Shown: positions 8,962 to 19,477, counted from the stretch's first letter. The stretch is DNA of 64,000 nt from Candidatus Latescibacterota bacterium (GCA_965221775.1 CBDCSU010000005.1:192001-256000), one strand, 5' to 3'. A program made the numbers and translations. The notes: generated from the sequence alone by a model not told the origin.

Positions 8962-10161
8962 TTGAGCAGCTACCCTGAACTGCGCCTGCGCCCCAATGCC
9001 GAGCGGTTGTTGATCAAGGGGCATCCCTGGGTGTTCAGCGGCGCCGTCGCCGCCCGTCACGCCGACGCCCGCCGCGGGTCGATCGTCGACGTGGTCAACG
9101 ACCGCGGACGCTTCATCGGGCGGGGCACCGCCAACCCCGGCGCCGAGATCGCCGTCCGCATGCTCACCCGGCGGCCGGACCACCTGATCGATGCCGGCTT
9201 CATCCGCAGCCGGGTCGAGCGCGCCGTGGAGCTGCGCCGCCGCAACCCGCTGCTGCACGGCGTCGAGGCCCTGCGCCTCGTGCACGGCGAGAGCGACGGC
9301 CTGCCGGGCCTGGTGGTGGACGACTACGCGGGCTGGGCGGTCTTCCAGATCCACACCGCCGGCATGGAGGCCATGCGCGAGTGGGTGGTCGCCGCTGTTC
9401 TCGAAGTGATCTCCCCCCGCGGCCTGTACGAGCGCAGCGACGTGGGCACGCGCCGCGCCGAGGGTTTGCGCGACCGGCCCACGGGCCTGGCCGCCGGCGC
9501 AGAGCCGCCCGGGCTGATCGAGTTCCGCGAAGGGGAGGTGCCGCTGGCGGTGGACGTGCGCCGGGGCCAGAAGACCGGGTTCTTCCTCGATCAGCGGGAC
9601 AACCGGCGCCTGCTGGGCCGCGTCGCCCCCGGGCGCTCCCTGCTCAACGTCTTCGCCTACACGGGAGGGTTCACCGCCCACGCGCGTCACGCCGGCGCGG
9701 TGAGCAGCCTCGACGTCGATCTCTCTCCGCAGGCCCTGCGCCTGGGGCGGCGCATCGCCGGCGGGCTGGGCGGCGGTCCCCACCGGTCGTTGGCGGCCGA
9801 GGCCTTTTCCTGCCTCGACCACCTCGCCGAGGGCGGACACCGCTACGGGATCGTCGTCCTCGATCCGCCTTCCCTGGTGCGCAAGGGCCGCGATCTCAAG
9901 CACGCCATGGGCGTCTACACCAAGCTCAACCGCAACGGCTTCCGTCTGGTGGAAAACGGCGGCTACCTGCTCACCTCCTCCTGCTCCACCCGGGTCACGG
10001 ACGAGGACTTCTTCCAGGTGGTCAGGCGAGCCGCCTCCGGGGCGCGGGTCGACGCCCGCATCGTGGCCCGCACCCATCACCCGGCCGACCACGTCGTCGA
10101 CCCGGCCTTCCCCGAAGGGCGCTACCTCAGCTCGGCCCTGGTCCAGGTCGACCGCGGGTGA
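8962..10161 (+). CDS. rlmI: RlmI-family 23S rRNA C5-methyltransferase (PUA + SAM domain)
   Basis: GHPWVF, ESDGLPGLVVD, GQKTGFFLDQRDNR, LNVFAYTGGF, LDPP, TSSC. Confidence 0.85.
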   Translation: MSSYPELRLRPNAERLLIKGHPWVFSGAVAARHADARRGSIVDVVNDRGRFIGRGTANPGAEIAVRMLTRRPDHLIDAGFIRSRVERAVELRRRNPLLHGVEALRLVHGESDGLPGLVVDDYAGWAVFQIHTAGMEAMREWVVAAVLEVISPRGLYERSDVGTRRAEGLRDRPTGLAAGAEPPGLIEFREGEVPLAVDVRRGQKTGFFLDQRDNRRLLGRVAPGRSLLNVFAYTGGFTAHARHAGAVSSLDVDLSPQALRLGRRIAGGLGGGPHRSLAAEAFSCLDHLAEGGHRYGIVVLDPPSLVRKGRDLKHAMGVYTKLNRNGFRLVENGGYLLTSSCSTRVTDEDFFQVVRRAASGARVDARIVARTHHPADHVVDPAFPEGRYLSSALVQVDRG

Positions 10162-10169
10162 GGTCCACC

Positions 10170-12032
10170 GTGAGGAAACCGCTCAGCGACGACCTGCGGC
10201 TGAAGCTCGAGGCCCTGCCCACGGGGCCCGGCGTCTACCGCATGAAAGACGAGGCGGCGAAGGTCCTGTACGTGGGCAAGGCCAAGAGCCTGCGCAGCCG
10301 CGTGCGCTCCTACTTCCAGGAGTCCGGGGTGGCCGAGCGGGGTCCGCGGATCGAGGCCCTGGTGGCCCGGGTGGCCGACGTGGACTGCATCGTCACCCAG
10401 ACCGAGGGCGAGGCGCTGATCCTCGAGGCCGAGCAGATCAAGGCCTGGCACCCGCGCTACAACATCAACCTCAAGGACGACAAGAAGTACCCCTTCATCC
10501 GCATCACCGACGAGGACTACCCCCGCATCTACTGGACCCGGGACCTGGTCCGCGACGGATCGCGCTACCTCGGGCCGTACAGCAACGCCCGGCACATGCG
10601 CACCATGCTCGACGTGATGCACAAGGTCTTCCCCGTTCGCAGCTGCCGCTACGACCTCCCCGACCCCAAGGTCAAGCTGTGCATGGAGTACCAGATCCGG
10701 CGCTGCGAGGGGCCTTGCGAGGACCTGGTGAGCCGCGAGCAGTACCGCGGCACGGTGAGCCAGGCGACGCGCTTCCTCAAGGGCGACAAGACCAGCGTCA
10801 TCCGCGAGCTGAAGACGCGCATGGCGGAGGCCGCGGACCAGCAGCGCTTCGAGCAGGCCGCCCGCCACCGCGACCAGATCCGCGCCCTCGAGCTCTACCA
10901 GTCGCGGCAGAAGGTCGTCCTCGAGGAGAAGGTCGACCGCGACGTGGTCGGCCTCGCCCGCCACGACGACGAGGCCTGCTGCGCCGTGCTGGAGATCCGG
11001 GAGGGCCGCCTGGTGGGCGAGAAGCACCACTTCCTGAGCGGCGTCATGGAGGCCGCCGACGGCGAGGTGCTCTCCGCCTTCCTGCGGCAGTTCTACCTGC
11101 AGACCGACTTCATCCCGCGCCAGGTCCACGTCAGCCACGACCTGGAGGACGCGGACCACATCTCCGCCTGGCTCACCGGCAAGGGGGACGGGCCCCGGGT
11201 CGAGGTCGCCGCCTACCAGCGCGGTCTCAAGGCACGCGCCCAGGACATGGCCGACAGCAACGCCGCCCACCTGATGGAGGAACGGCGCCTCAAGAGGGAG
11301 GCCCGGCGCGACCGCGTCCCCCAGTCGGTGCAGGCCCTGCACCGGGACCTGACCCTGCCACGCCTGCCGCGGCGCATCGAGGGCGTCGACATCTCCACCT
11401 TCCAGGGCAGCGACACCGTCGGCTCCGTGGTCGTCATGGTCGACGGCAAGCCGCGGCGCAGCGAGTACCGCCACTTCCGCATCCGCGGCGGCGAGGGCCG
11501 GCCCGACGACTTCGCCGCCATCCGCGAGGTCGTGGAGCGGCGCTTCCGCGGACTCTCCGAGCGGGGGGAGCCCGGCCCCGACCTGCTGATGATCGACGGC
11601 GGCAAGGGACAGCTGTCGAGCGCCATCGAGGCCCTGGGGGCCCTGGGCGTGGACGGCCTCGCCGTGGTCGGGCTGGCCAAGAAGCTCGAGGAGCTCTTCC
11701 TGCCGGGCCAGGGCGATCCCGTGGTCCTGCCGCGGACCTCGGCGAGCCTGCGCATGCTGCAGGTCCTGCGCGACGAGGCCCACCGCTTCGCCGTGAGCTA
11801 CCACCGCAAGCTGCGCACCCGGCGCACCCTCGGGTCGGACCTGGACGGCGTGCCCGGCATCGGCCCCGGTCGCCGGCAGGCGCTGCTGCAGGCCTTCGGG
11901 TCCCTGCGCCGGCTGCGCGAGGCCGGGGTGGATGAGATCGCCGGCGTCAAGGGCTTCAGCCACAAGCTCGCCCGCCAACTGAAGAGCCACCTGGCCGCCG
12001 ACCGGGACGACCCGGGAGAAAGCCGGTCCTGA
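10170..12032 (+). CDS. uvrC: Excinuclease ABC subunit C
   Basis: GIY-YIG region (PGVY...YVGKAKSLRSRVRSYF), RIEGVDIS, IDGGKGQ, RDEAHRFA, HhH; start GTG 10158 or 10170. Confidence 0.95.
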   Translation: MRKPLSDDLRLKLEALPTGPGVYRMKDEAAKVLYVGKAKSLRSRVRSYFQESGVAERGPRIEALVARVADVDCIVTQTEGEALILEAEQIKAWHPRYNINLKDDKKYPFIRITDEDYPRIYWTRDLVRDGSRYLGPYSNARHMRTMLDVMHKVFPVRSCRYDLPDPKVKLCMEYQIRRCEGPCEDLVSREQYRGTVSQATRFLKGDKTSVIRELKTRMAEAADQQRFEQAARHRDQIRALELYQSRQKVVLEEKVDRDVVGLARHDDEACCAVLEIREGRLVGEKHHFLSGVMEAADGEVLSAFLRQFYLQTDFIPRQVHVSHDLEDADHISAWLTGKGDGPRVEVAAYQRGLKARAQDMADSNAAHLMEERRLKREARRDRVPQSVQALHRDLTLPRLPRRIEGVDISTFQGSDTVGSVVVMVDGKPRRSEYRHFRIRGGEGRPDDFAAIREVVERRFRGLSERGEPGPDLLMIDGGKGQLSSAIEALGALGVDGLAVVGLAKKLEELFLPGQGDPVVLPRTSASLRMLQVLRDEAHRFAVSYHRKLRTRRTLGSDLDGVPGIGPGRRQALLQAFGSLRRLREAGVDEIAGVKGFSHKLARQLKSHLAADRDDPGESRS

Positions 12033-12036
12033 GCCG

Positions 12037-13017
12037 ATGGCAGGCGGCGAGTCGAAGCCGCGCCCCGGGGGGCCGGCGCCGGCCGCCGGCATGAGCGCCG
12101 GCCGGGCACCGGTGGAGCTGCCCGCCGTCCTCGCCGAGGCCCTCGGCGAGTTCCTCGACAGCCTCGCCCGGGAGGCAGGCCTGACGGCGAGCACGAGATC
12201 CTCCTACGGACGCGACCTGCAGAGCTACCTGGCCCTGGCCGCCGGACTCGGGGCCCGGCGGCTCCCGGAGCTCACCGCGGAGGTGGCGGCCGGCCACGTG
12301 ACCGGCCTCGTCGAGGCGGGACGCTCGCCGGCCACGGTGGCGCGCGCGGTCTCCTCCATGCGGCGGTTCCACGAGTACCTGCAGACCACCGGGCGCTGTC
12401 CCGAAGACCCCACCGCGGGGCTGAGAGCCCCGAGGGTAGCCCGCCGGGAGCCGGACCCCCTCACCGTGGAGGAGGCGGAACGCCTCGTGAACGCCGTCCG
12501 CGGCGACGAGCCCCTGGAGCTGAGGGACCGTGCCGTGCTGGAGGTGCTCTACGCCACGGGGATGCGGGTCTCGGAGCTGACGGCGCTGCGGACGCCGGAC
12601 CTGCTGCTGCACAGCAGCCTGGTACGGGTCCACGGCCGCGGCGCCCGCGAGCGCATGGTGCCCCTAGGCCGGCCGGCGGCCGAGGCAGCCGAGGGCTATG
12701 CTCGCCGGGGGCGTCCCCGCCTGGCCGGGGACGGATCGGAGGACATCCTCTTCCTCGGCGCCAGGGGAGGTGCCATGTCCCGCATGAACGTGTGGAAGGT
12801 CATCCGCGCCGCCGCCCGCGACGCCGGCATCGAGCGGCCGGTGAATCCCCAGACCCTGCGCCACACCTTCGCCGCCCATCTCCTCGAGGGGGGGTTCGGC
12901 CTGAGCGACGTGCAGCACCTGCTGGGGCACTCGGACATCTCGACGACCTTGATCTACGCGCGTCCCGACGAGCAGCGTCTGCGGGAGCTGCACCGCACCT
13001 TCCACCCCCGGGGGTGA
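12037..13017 (+). CDS. xerD: XerD-like tyrosine recombinase with atypical catalytic residues
   Basis: LRDRAVLEVLYATGMRVSEL, LRHTFAAHLL, LLGHSDISTT.IY, FHPRG C-terminus. Confidence 0.75.
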   Translation: MAGGESKPRPGGPAPAAGMSAGRAPVELPAVLAEALGEFLDSLAREAGLTASTRSSYGRDLQSYLALAAGLGARRLPELTAEVAAGHVTGLVEAGRSPATVARAVSSMRRFHEYLQTTGRCPEDPTAGLRAPRVARREPDPLTVEEAERLVNAVRGDEPLELRDRAVLEVLYATGMRVSELTALRTPDLLLHSSLVRVHGRGARERMVPLGRPAAEAAEGYARRGRPRLAGDGSEDILFLGARGGAMSRMNVWKVIRAAARDAGIERPVNPQTLRHTFAAHLLEGGFGLSDVQHLLGHSDISTTLIYARPDEQRLRELHRTFHPRG

Positions 13018-13080
13018 GCGGCGCCGTCCCGGCGTGCGCTCGCTCCGCGTCCGCGGGGAGGGCGCCTGCCGGAGATTGCG

Positions 13081-14052
13081 TCAGTGCACCTTCCGGGCCC
13101 GGTAGTCGGCCATGACCTGCTCGGTGCGGCGCAGGAGGTGCTCGTCCTTCTCGCCGCGCACGGCGGTGGGATCCATGCCGGACCAGTCGTAGTAGCCCTT
13201 CCCCGACTTGAGCCCCGTCTCGCCGCGCTCGACCATGGACCGCAGATAGTCCAGGGGCTGCTCCCAGCCTCCGAGGTGCCGCCACAGATGGTCGGCGACG
13301 CGCACGTGCATCTCGAGGCCGTTGATGTCGCGCTGCTTGAGGGGGCCGGCGGTGGTGAACCGCGGCGCCAGTCCCAGCTCGACGGCGAGATCGATCGACT
13401 CGGCGTCGGCCACGCCGGTGACCAGCAGGTTCACGGCCTCGCAGATCACGGCGTGCTGCAGGCGGTTGCACAAGAAGCCGGGCACGTCCTTCTCCACCCG
13501 CAGGGGGATCTTGTCCAGCCGCCGCCAGATCTCGCAGGAGCGGTCCATGGCCGCGTCCGAGGTGTGCTGCCCGCGGATCACCTCCAGGACCGGGACGATG
13601 TGGGCCGGCTGGAAGAAGTGGGAGCCGCCGATGCGGTCCGGATGAGCCATGCGATCACCCACCTGGGTGATGGGCAGGCCGGAGGTGTTGCTCGCCAGCA
13701 CCGTGTGGCGGGGTGCCGCGGCGTCCATGCGCCGGAAGAGCTCCTGCTTGGCCTCGAGGTTCTCGGTGATCGACTCGACGACGAACTCGGCGGAGCCGAC
13801 GGCTTCCTCCAGCCCGGTGGTGGCGCGGACGCGGCCGGCCACGGCCTCGGCGGTCTCGCCCTTGAGCAGGTCGTGCCGCTGCAGGTCCTCGGCGCCCCGC
13901 CGGATGTTGTCCAGGCCCTGGTCCAGGGTCTCCCGCCGGCGGCTCATGAGCACCGTCTCGCGGCTGCCGAGGGCCAGGACCAGGGCGATCTGGCTGCCCA
14001 TGAGGCCGCCTCCGACGACGGCCGACTTCTCGAGAAAGAGATCGGGTGACAT
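13081..14052 (-). CDS. 3-hydroxyacyl-CoA dehydrogenase family protein
   Basis: GGGLMG, ESITENLEAKQ, SNTS, HFFQP, PGFLCNRLQ, KSGKGYY. Confidence 0.88.
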   Translation of the reverse strand: MSPDLFLEKSAVVGGGLMGSQIALVLALGSRETVLMSRRRETLDQGLDNIRRGAEDLQRHDLLKGETAEAVAGRVRATTGLEEAVGSAEFVVESITENLEAKQELFRRMDAAAPRHTVLASNTSGLPITQVGDRMAHPDRIGGSHFFQPAHIVPVLEVIRGQHTSDAAMDRSCEIWRRLDKIPLRVEKDVPGFLCNRLQHAVICEAVNLLVTGVADAESIDLAVELGLAPRFTTAGPLKQRDINGLEMHVRVADHLWRHLGGWEQPLDYLRSMVERGETGLKSGKGYYDWSGMDPTAVRGEKDEHLLRRTEQVMADYRARKVH

Positions 14053-14087
14053 GCCTTGAATTGTCTCCTGTGTGGGTAAGGCGGTTC

Positions 14088-15407
14088 TCAGCTTCCGGCG
14101 GCTGATGCCTGGAACGTGCCCTTCACGACCCGCAGCGAGTCCTCCGCCACCTGCAGCGTGTGGTCCACGTCGCCGGCGGTGTGGGCCAGGGACAGGTAGA
14201 GCTTGCCCCCGGGGGTGACCAGGACGCCCCGGCGGATCATCTCCACGCCGAAGCGTCGGGCGGCGTCAGCATCGGCCCGCAGCCCGTCGGCGTGGGTCCG
14301 GACCGGCGCCTCGGTGAAGACCGGCTGCAGCACGGGACCGTCGCCGAGGACCTGGAAGGGGAGCCCCAGGCTCCGGCCGGTCTCCTCCAGACCCTGCCGC
14401 AGTCGGTCGGAGGTCTCGTGGAGCCGGGGGTAGACCCCCTCCTTCTCCAGCTCGTCCAGAGTCGCCAGCCCCGCCGCGCAGCCCACGGGATTGCCGTTCA
14501 TGGTGCCGCTGGCGAAGACAAAGTCGCTCTCGGCCTTGCGGCGGGGGTCGGCCAGGGCCATGACCTCCTCGCGGCCGCAGACCGCGGCGAGGGGGTAGCC
14601 GCCGCTGATGGTCTTGCCGTACACGGCGAGATCCGGGATCACGCCGTAGCGCTCCTGGGCGCCTCCCCAGGCGAGGCGGAAGCCGGTGACGATCTCGTCG
14701 AAGACCAGCAGCACCCCGTGGGCCCGGGTCACCTCCCGCAGGCTCTCCAGGAAGCCCGGCTCCGGGCGCAGGGCCCGCTGCAGGGGCTCGACGATGATTG
14801 CGGCCAGATCCCGTGCGTGCTCGGCCACGAGCCGCTCCGCCGCGGCGGGATCGTTGAAGGGCGAGACGAGAACGGTGCGCGACGCGGCCCCCGGGATCCC
14901 CGAGGAGTCGGGGACGGGATCGGGGTACTGCGCCGGGCCGGAGGGGGCGGCGCTCTGCATGGCGTAGTCGTGGGCGCCGTGCCATCCCCCTTCGAACTTG
15001 AGGACCTTCTCGCGGCCGGTGAAGGCCCGGGCCAGGCGCAGGGCGGTGAAGGTTCCCTCGGTTCCGGAACTGCCGTAGCGCAGGAGCCCGCCGCAGGGAA
15101 CGGCCTCGGTGACGCGCCGGGCCAGGTGCAGGGCGGGCTCGTTGAGGCCGTAGAAGGTCGAGCCCAGCCCCGCCTGCTCGCGCACGGCGGCGACCACGGC
15201 GGGGTGGGCGTGCCCGAGGATCAGCGGCCCCGAGCCGAGGATGTAGTCGACGTACTCCTTGCCGGCCACGTCCCAGATGCGGCTGCCCTCGCCCCGGTGG
15301 AAGACGGCGGCCACCTCGTCGGGGAGCCGGAACATCCCGAAGCAGCCGCCCACGAGGACGCCCTCGGACAGCTCGATCAGTCTCTGCTGCAGTGCGGTTC
15401 GCTCCAT
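14088..15407 (-). CDS. Class III PLP aminotransferase (glutamate-1-semialdehyde aminomutase-like)
   Basis: GPLILGH, SSGTE, FDEIVTGFR, YGKTISGG (PLP Lys), GTMNGNP. Confidence 0.85.
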   Translation of the reverse strand: MERTALQQRLIELSEGVLVGGCFGMFRLPDEVAAVFHRGEGSRIWDVAGKEYVDYILGSGPLILGHAHPAVVAAVREQAGLGSTFYGLNEPALHLARRVTEAVPCGGLLRYGSSGTEGTFTALRLARAFTGREKVLKFEGGWHGAHDYAMQSAAPSGPAQYPDPVPDSSGIPGAASRTVLVSPFNDPAAAERLVAEHARDLAAIIVEPLQRALRPEPGFLESLREVTRAHGVLLVFDEIVTGFRLAWGGAQERYGVIPDLAVYGKTISGGYPLAAVCGREEVMALADPRRKAESDFVFASGTMNGNPVGCAAGLATLDELEKEGVYPRLHETSDRLRQGLEETGRSLGLPFQVLGDGPVLQPVFTEAPVRTHADGLRADADAARRFGVEMIRRGVLVTPGGKLYLSLAHTAGDVDHTLQVAEDSLRVVKGTFQASAAGS

Positions 15408-15556
15408 CCGTTCATCCTCCGCGCCGGCCGGGGTAGAGCCGTTCAGGCGAGCCGGCGGCATCGCCGGTCCGTCACACCCGGTCGTTCACGAGTCGCTAGA
15501 ATGAGGCCCCCCTCCGGACTCCCGGCAAGGCGCTGAGAGCCTGCGCCGGCCCCTGC

Positions 15557-17038
15557 TCAGGGATCGGTGAGGCCGAGCTGCTCGAGGCGATCCGGCTCGC
15601 CGAGGTAGAAGCCCTGTTGCAGGAGGTGGCGCTGGAGCCTCCTGACATCGAGGCGGCGGGGGGCGACGCCATCCTGCACGGCCAGGGCGGCAGCGGCGCC
15701 GGCGGCCTCGCCGAGCTGCATGAGCGCCGGGCGGGCGCGGGTGGCGCCGGGGTCGTGGCCGCGGCGGATGTAGGCGGAGGCGCGGCCGGTGGCGAGCAGA
15801 CCGTCCATGCCCTTGGGCAGCAGCGAACGGTACGGGGTGTCGAAGCCGGACGCTTCGCCGCCGTAGTGGGCCTGCCCGGCGTGCGTGTTGCGGTAGAGGA
15901 CGTCGTCGAACCGGGCGCCGTGGAAGGCGTCCTCCGGGGTGATGGTGTACTCGCCGTCGATGTGCGGGCCTCCCCGCGAGCCGAAGTACGGGGCGACGAT
16001 GAGCAGGTAGGCGCGGTCGAAGCCGGGGACGTACCTGTGGAAGAACTGCGCCGTCTCGAAGACGTGCATGCGGATGGCGGTCTCGAGGCGGGCGTGCTGC
16101 TTCATGTCGTCGCGGCGAATGGCGCCGCCCATGTTGATCCGGCTGCCGGCCAGCCCGCTCTCGAAGGGGCCTTTCCAGAGGTTCGGCGTGTTGATGTGGA
16201 CGTGAGGCTCGACGGTCTTGAGGTAGTAGTACTCGCCCTTCTCCCACGCATGCCGGAGCAGCGGGACCATGGGGTCCTCGAAGGCCTGCCGCGCAAACGG
16301 GAACCGCTGGCGCTCGGCCAGCCACGCCTCGTCCTCGGCGCTGAGGGTGACATCGCTGGCGAGGAACCGCTCGAAGCGGGGGAAGTCCACGTCGGCCATG
16401 ACGAAGTAGATGGCCGTGTCGTTCCAGGGGACGAACTCGGGGCGCATGAACTCCGCGCGCATGACCGGCGGCCAGGACGGGTCGGCAGGCATGTCGGTAA
16501 TGACGGGGACTCCGGCGCGCCGGCACACGTCCGCGTCGGCCGAGGCGTCGACGACGACCCTGGCCTTGACGGCGACACGGCCGGACTTGCCTTCCACGAA
16601 GAGCCCGGTGACGCAGTCGTCCGCGATGATCGGATCGCCGGCCCACACGGGCACGAGGATCTCGACGCCGGCGTCGAGGGCCATCCGGGCCGCCAGGTGC
16701 GAGATGATGTTCGTGGTGTCGGCGTAGCGGTGACCGGTCTCGACGCGGAGCGCCTCCATCCGGTCGTTCAGTTCCCTGGGGATGCCGGCCAGCCCGCCGG
16801 GCAGCGTCACGGGGGCTTCGCCGGCGACACTGCCGCCGACGATCATCGCCGGGCCGAGGTTGCCGCCCAGGGAGGCGAAACGGTCGAGGAGCAGGGTCTT
16901 CGCTCCCAGGCGTCCGGCGGCGATGGCCGAGAACATGCCGGAGAGACCGCCGCCGACCACGGCCACATCCACGTCGAAGGCGATGGGCACCTGCTTGTGT
17001 GGCTCGGCTACGTAACCCAGCGGCTCTTCCCTGGCCAT
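15557..17038 (-). CDS. FAD-dependent oxidoreductase (FAD_oxidored family)
   Basis: DVAVVGGGLSG, LGGN, VVDASADAD, PYRSLLP, GEAAG; ATG at 17038 with SD. Confidence 0.85.
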   Translation of the reverse strand: MAREEPLGYVAEPHKQVPIAFDVDVAVVGGGLSGMFSAIAAGRLGAKTLLLDRFASLGGNLGPAMIVGGSVAGEAPVTLPGGLAGIPRELNDRMEALRVETGHRYADTTNIISHLAARMALDAGVEILVPVWAGDPIIADDCVTGLFVEGKSGRVAVKARVVVDASADADVCRRAGVPVITDMPADPSWPPVMRAEFMRPEFVPWNDTAIYFVMADVDFPRFERFLASDVTLSAEDEAWLAERQRFPFARQAFEDPMVPLLRHAWEKGEYYYLKTVEPHVHINTPNLWKGPFESGLAGSRINMGGAIRRDDMKQHARLETAIRMHVFETAQFFHRYVPGFDRAYLLIVAPYFGSRGGPHIDGEYTITPEDAFHGARFDDVLYRNTHAGQAHYGGEASGFDTPYRSLLPKGMDGLLATGRASAYIRRGHDPGATRARPALMQLGEAAGAAAALAVQDGVAPRRLDVRRLQRHLLQQGFYLGEPDRLEQLGLTDP

Positions 17039-17042
17039 GGTT

Positions 17043-17849
17043 TCATCTCCTTGACGTTCCCGGTTGCCTGCGCCCCAATAGCCTGCGGATGAGCGGCCTG
17101 GTAAAGACCGACTGCAGCATCGGATCGATCCACCGGTAGATCCGGCCCGACACGTAGACGCACTTCCCCTTTTCCACCGCGGCCAATCCCTCCCGCACGA
17201 CGACATCGGCGTCGTACCAGATGAACCCGGGAGACGCGGCCTTCATCTCCATCATGTCAGCGGCTTCGTGGAACTCCGTGTGCGTGAAGCCCGGGCACAG
17301 GGCGCAGACGTTGACCCCTTGGTGCCTGCACCTCAGATGCAGCGCTTCCGACAGCGCGACGACGTACGCCTTGGTGGGCCCGTAGTTGGTGTCCCGCGCC
17401 TGGGCGATGCGCCCCGCCACGGAGGCGACGTTGATGATGCGGCCGTAGCCGCGTTCGCACATGCCCGGCGCGAACAGATGGCAGAGATGCGCCATCGAGG
17501 TCATCATCAACCGAAAGAACGACGCATGCGCGTCCCAATCGCGATCCTCGATCAGGTCCGGCCCGGCGGAGCCGGCGTTGTTGACCAGGTAGTCGACGTC
17601 GAGCCCGAGTCCGGCGACATGGTCGGCGATCACTCGCGGCGCGTCGATGTCGGCGAGGTCGGCGGCAACGACCTCGACCCGGACACCGTGGCCATCGCCC
17701 AACTCCCGGGCCAGTTGTTCCAGGCGGTCCCGCCGCCGGGCGACGGCGACGATGTCGTGTCCCCGGGCCGCCAGTTGGCGTGCGAATTCGGCGCCGAGCC
17801 CGGCGGATGCCCCGGTAACGAGGGCGACGGGACGTCCGGGCCCGTTCAT
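17043..17849 (-). CDS. Short-chain dehydrogenase/reductase (DltE-like)
   Basis: TGASAGLG, VARR, NNAG, YGPTK, CPGFT. Confidence 0.9.
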   Translation of the reverse strand: MNGPGRPVALVTGASAGLGAEFARQLAARGHDIVAVARRRDRLEQLARELGDGHGVRVEVVAADLADIDAPRVIADHVAGLGLDVDYLVNNAGSAGPDLIEDRDWDAHASFFRLMMTSMAHLCHLFAPGMCERGYGRIINVASVAGRIAQARDTNYGPTKAYVVALSEALHLRCRHQGVNVCALCPGFTHTEFHEAADMMEMKAASPGFIWYDADVVVREGLAAVEKGKCVYVSGRIYRWIDPMLQSVFTRPLIRRLLGRRQPGTSRR

Positions 17850-17963
17850 GGGATGGTCCGGGCGTCGGAGCGACCCGTGACGCCGGAGGTCATGTTGCGC
17901 CTCTTGGTGGACGGCTTGTCCCGTCCGCCTCGTCCCCGGAGTCGGATGGAACGACTGGCGTCC

Positions 17964-18755
17964 TCAGTTGTCCCCGTCAAGGAACCCGCCCACGCGCCCC
18001 AGGACCGAGCCCTCCCCCGTCCGCTGGCCGCCGGCGGACGGCGCGTTCTCGAGGATGCGGTCGGCCAGCCGCGAAAAGGGCAGGCTCTGCAGGTAGACGG
18101 TGCCGGTGCCGCGCAGGGTCGCCAGGAACAGCCCCTCGCCGCCGAAGAACATCGACTTGAGGCCCTTCGTCATCTCGATGTCGTAGTCGATGCCCGGGGT
18201 GAAGGCCACGAGGCACCCCGTGTCGACGCGGATGGTCTCGCTCTCCAGGCGCCGCTCGATCACCGACCCGCCGGCGTGGACGAAGGCCATGCCGTCTCCG
18301 CGCAGGCGCTGCAGGATGAAGCCCTCGCCCCCGAAGAAGCCGGTGCCCAGCCGGCGGTTGAAGGCGATGCTCAGCTCCGTGCCCAGGGCGGCGCAGAGGA
18401 AGGCGTCCTTCTGGCAGATCAGCTCGCCCCCGGCCTGCGCCATGTCGATGGGGATGATGTGGCCCGGGTACGGAGCGGCGAAGGCGACGCGGGCGCGGTT
18501 TCGCCCGGCGTTGCGGAAGTGGGTCATGAACAGGGACTCGCCGGTGAGCGCCCTCTGGCCGGCGCTCCACAGCTTGCCCATGATGCCCTCGTCGGCCCGC
18601 GACCCGTCCCCCATCTTGGCCTCGAACTCGATGCGGTCCTCCATCCAGTTCATCGCCCCGGCCTCGGCGATCACGGTCTCGCCGGGGTCCAGCTCCACCT
18701 CGACGACCTGCAGGTCGTTGCCGTGGATCTCGTAGTCGATCTCTTCGCAGCGCAT
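17964..18755 (-). CDS. AIM24 / TIGR00266 family protein
   Basis: [43 protein letters not shown]. Confidence 0.88.
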   Translation of the reverse strand: MRCEEIDYEIHGNDLQVVEVELDPGETVIAEAGAMNWMEDRIEFEAKMGDGSRADEGIMGKLWSAGQRALTGESLFMTHFRNAGRNRARVAFAAPYPGHIIPIDMAQAGGELICQKDAFLCAALGTELSIAFNRRLGTGFFGGEGFILQRLRGDGMAFVHAGGSVIERRLESETIRVDTGCLVAFTPGIDYDIEMTKGLKSMFFGGEGLFLATLRGTGTVYLQSLPFSRLADRILENAPSAGGQRTGEGSVLGRVGGFLDGDN

Positions 18756-18775
18756 TCCTTCTCTTCCGGTACGTG

Positions 18776-19477
18776 TCAAATCCCCACGCGAACGACCCAT
18801 CCCGAGGTGGCGTCGCAGTAGGCGAGGTCGTCCCCTTCCCAGGCGGTCAGGCCGTGGGGCTGGGGCTCGTCGTCGGGCACCGCCACGCGGCCGAGTTCCT
18901 CCCCGCTCTTCACGTCGAGATGCACGATCTGCCGGACGCTGGTGTGCACCACCCACACGCCCCGGTCGGTGCGCACCACGCCGTGGGCCCTCTCGTACGG
19001 CAGCGGGATGGCGTGGACCACCTGCCAGTCGGCGATGCGCACCTTGCTCAGGGTCTGCTCGCGCAGGGTGGTGATCCACAGGTGGCCGGGCTCGACGTGG
19101 TCGTACTCGATGCCGTGGACGCCGCCGCCGCCGGGCACTGGGCGGCGCAGCTGCGTGCGGCCACTGGCGGGGTCGACCTTGAGGATGTCGCCGGCGCCGG
19201 GGGCCGCGTCGGTGGGAAGTACCCGCCGCCACAGGGAGCCGTCGCCGTTGGAGGCGATCCAGAGTCCCCCCTCCCCCGCCGCCATGCCGCTGGTGTTGGA
19301 GCCGTCCGTGGCGATCTCCCGCGGACGGAAGGTGACGCCGTAGTCGCCGGGAGGGCCGACCTCCACGAGGGCCAGGCGGTCGGAGATCTGGTCGGCGATC
19401 CACAGCCCGTCGCCGGTGCGCTGCAGGGCGTTGGGTACGCCGTAGGGAGCGCGGAAGAGCCGCTCGAAGGTCGCCAA
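18776..19477 (-). CDS. Small beta-propeller-like hypothetical protein (Vgb/glutaminyl-cyclase-like repeats)
   Basis: Repeated G..W motifs ([33 protein letters not shown]); GC3-rich codons. Confidence 0.6.
   Translation of the reverse strand: MATFERLFRAPYGVPNALQRTGDGLWIADQISDRLALVEVGPPGDYGVTFRPREIATDGSNTSGMAAGEGGLWIASNGDGSLWRRVLPTDAAPGAGDILKVDPASGRTQLRRPVPGGGGVHGIEYDHVEPGHLWITTLREQTLSKVRIADWQVVHAIPLPYERAHGVVRTDRGVWVVHTSVRQIVHLDVKSGEELGRVAVPDDEPQPHGLTAWEGDDLAYCDATSGWVVRVGI

Noticed and set aside
12037-13017. Phage or mobile-element integrase
   Set aside because: XerD-like size and C-terminus, housekeeping context and no mobile cargo
14088-15407. Calling this gene hemL
   Set aside because: It lacks the typical PGGVNSPVR N-terminal motif and hem context; probably a paralog
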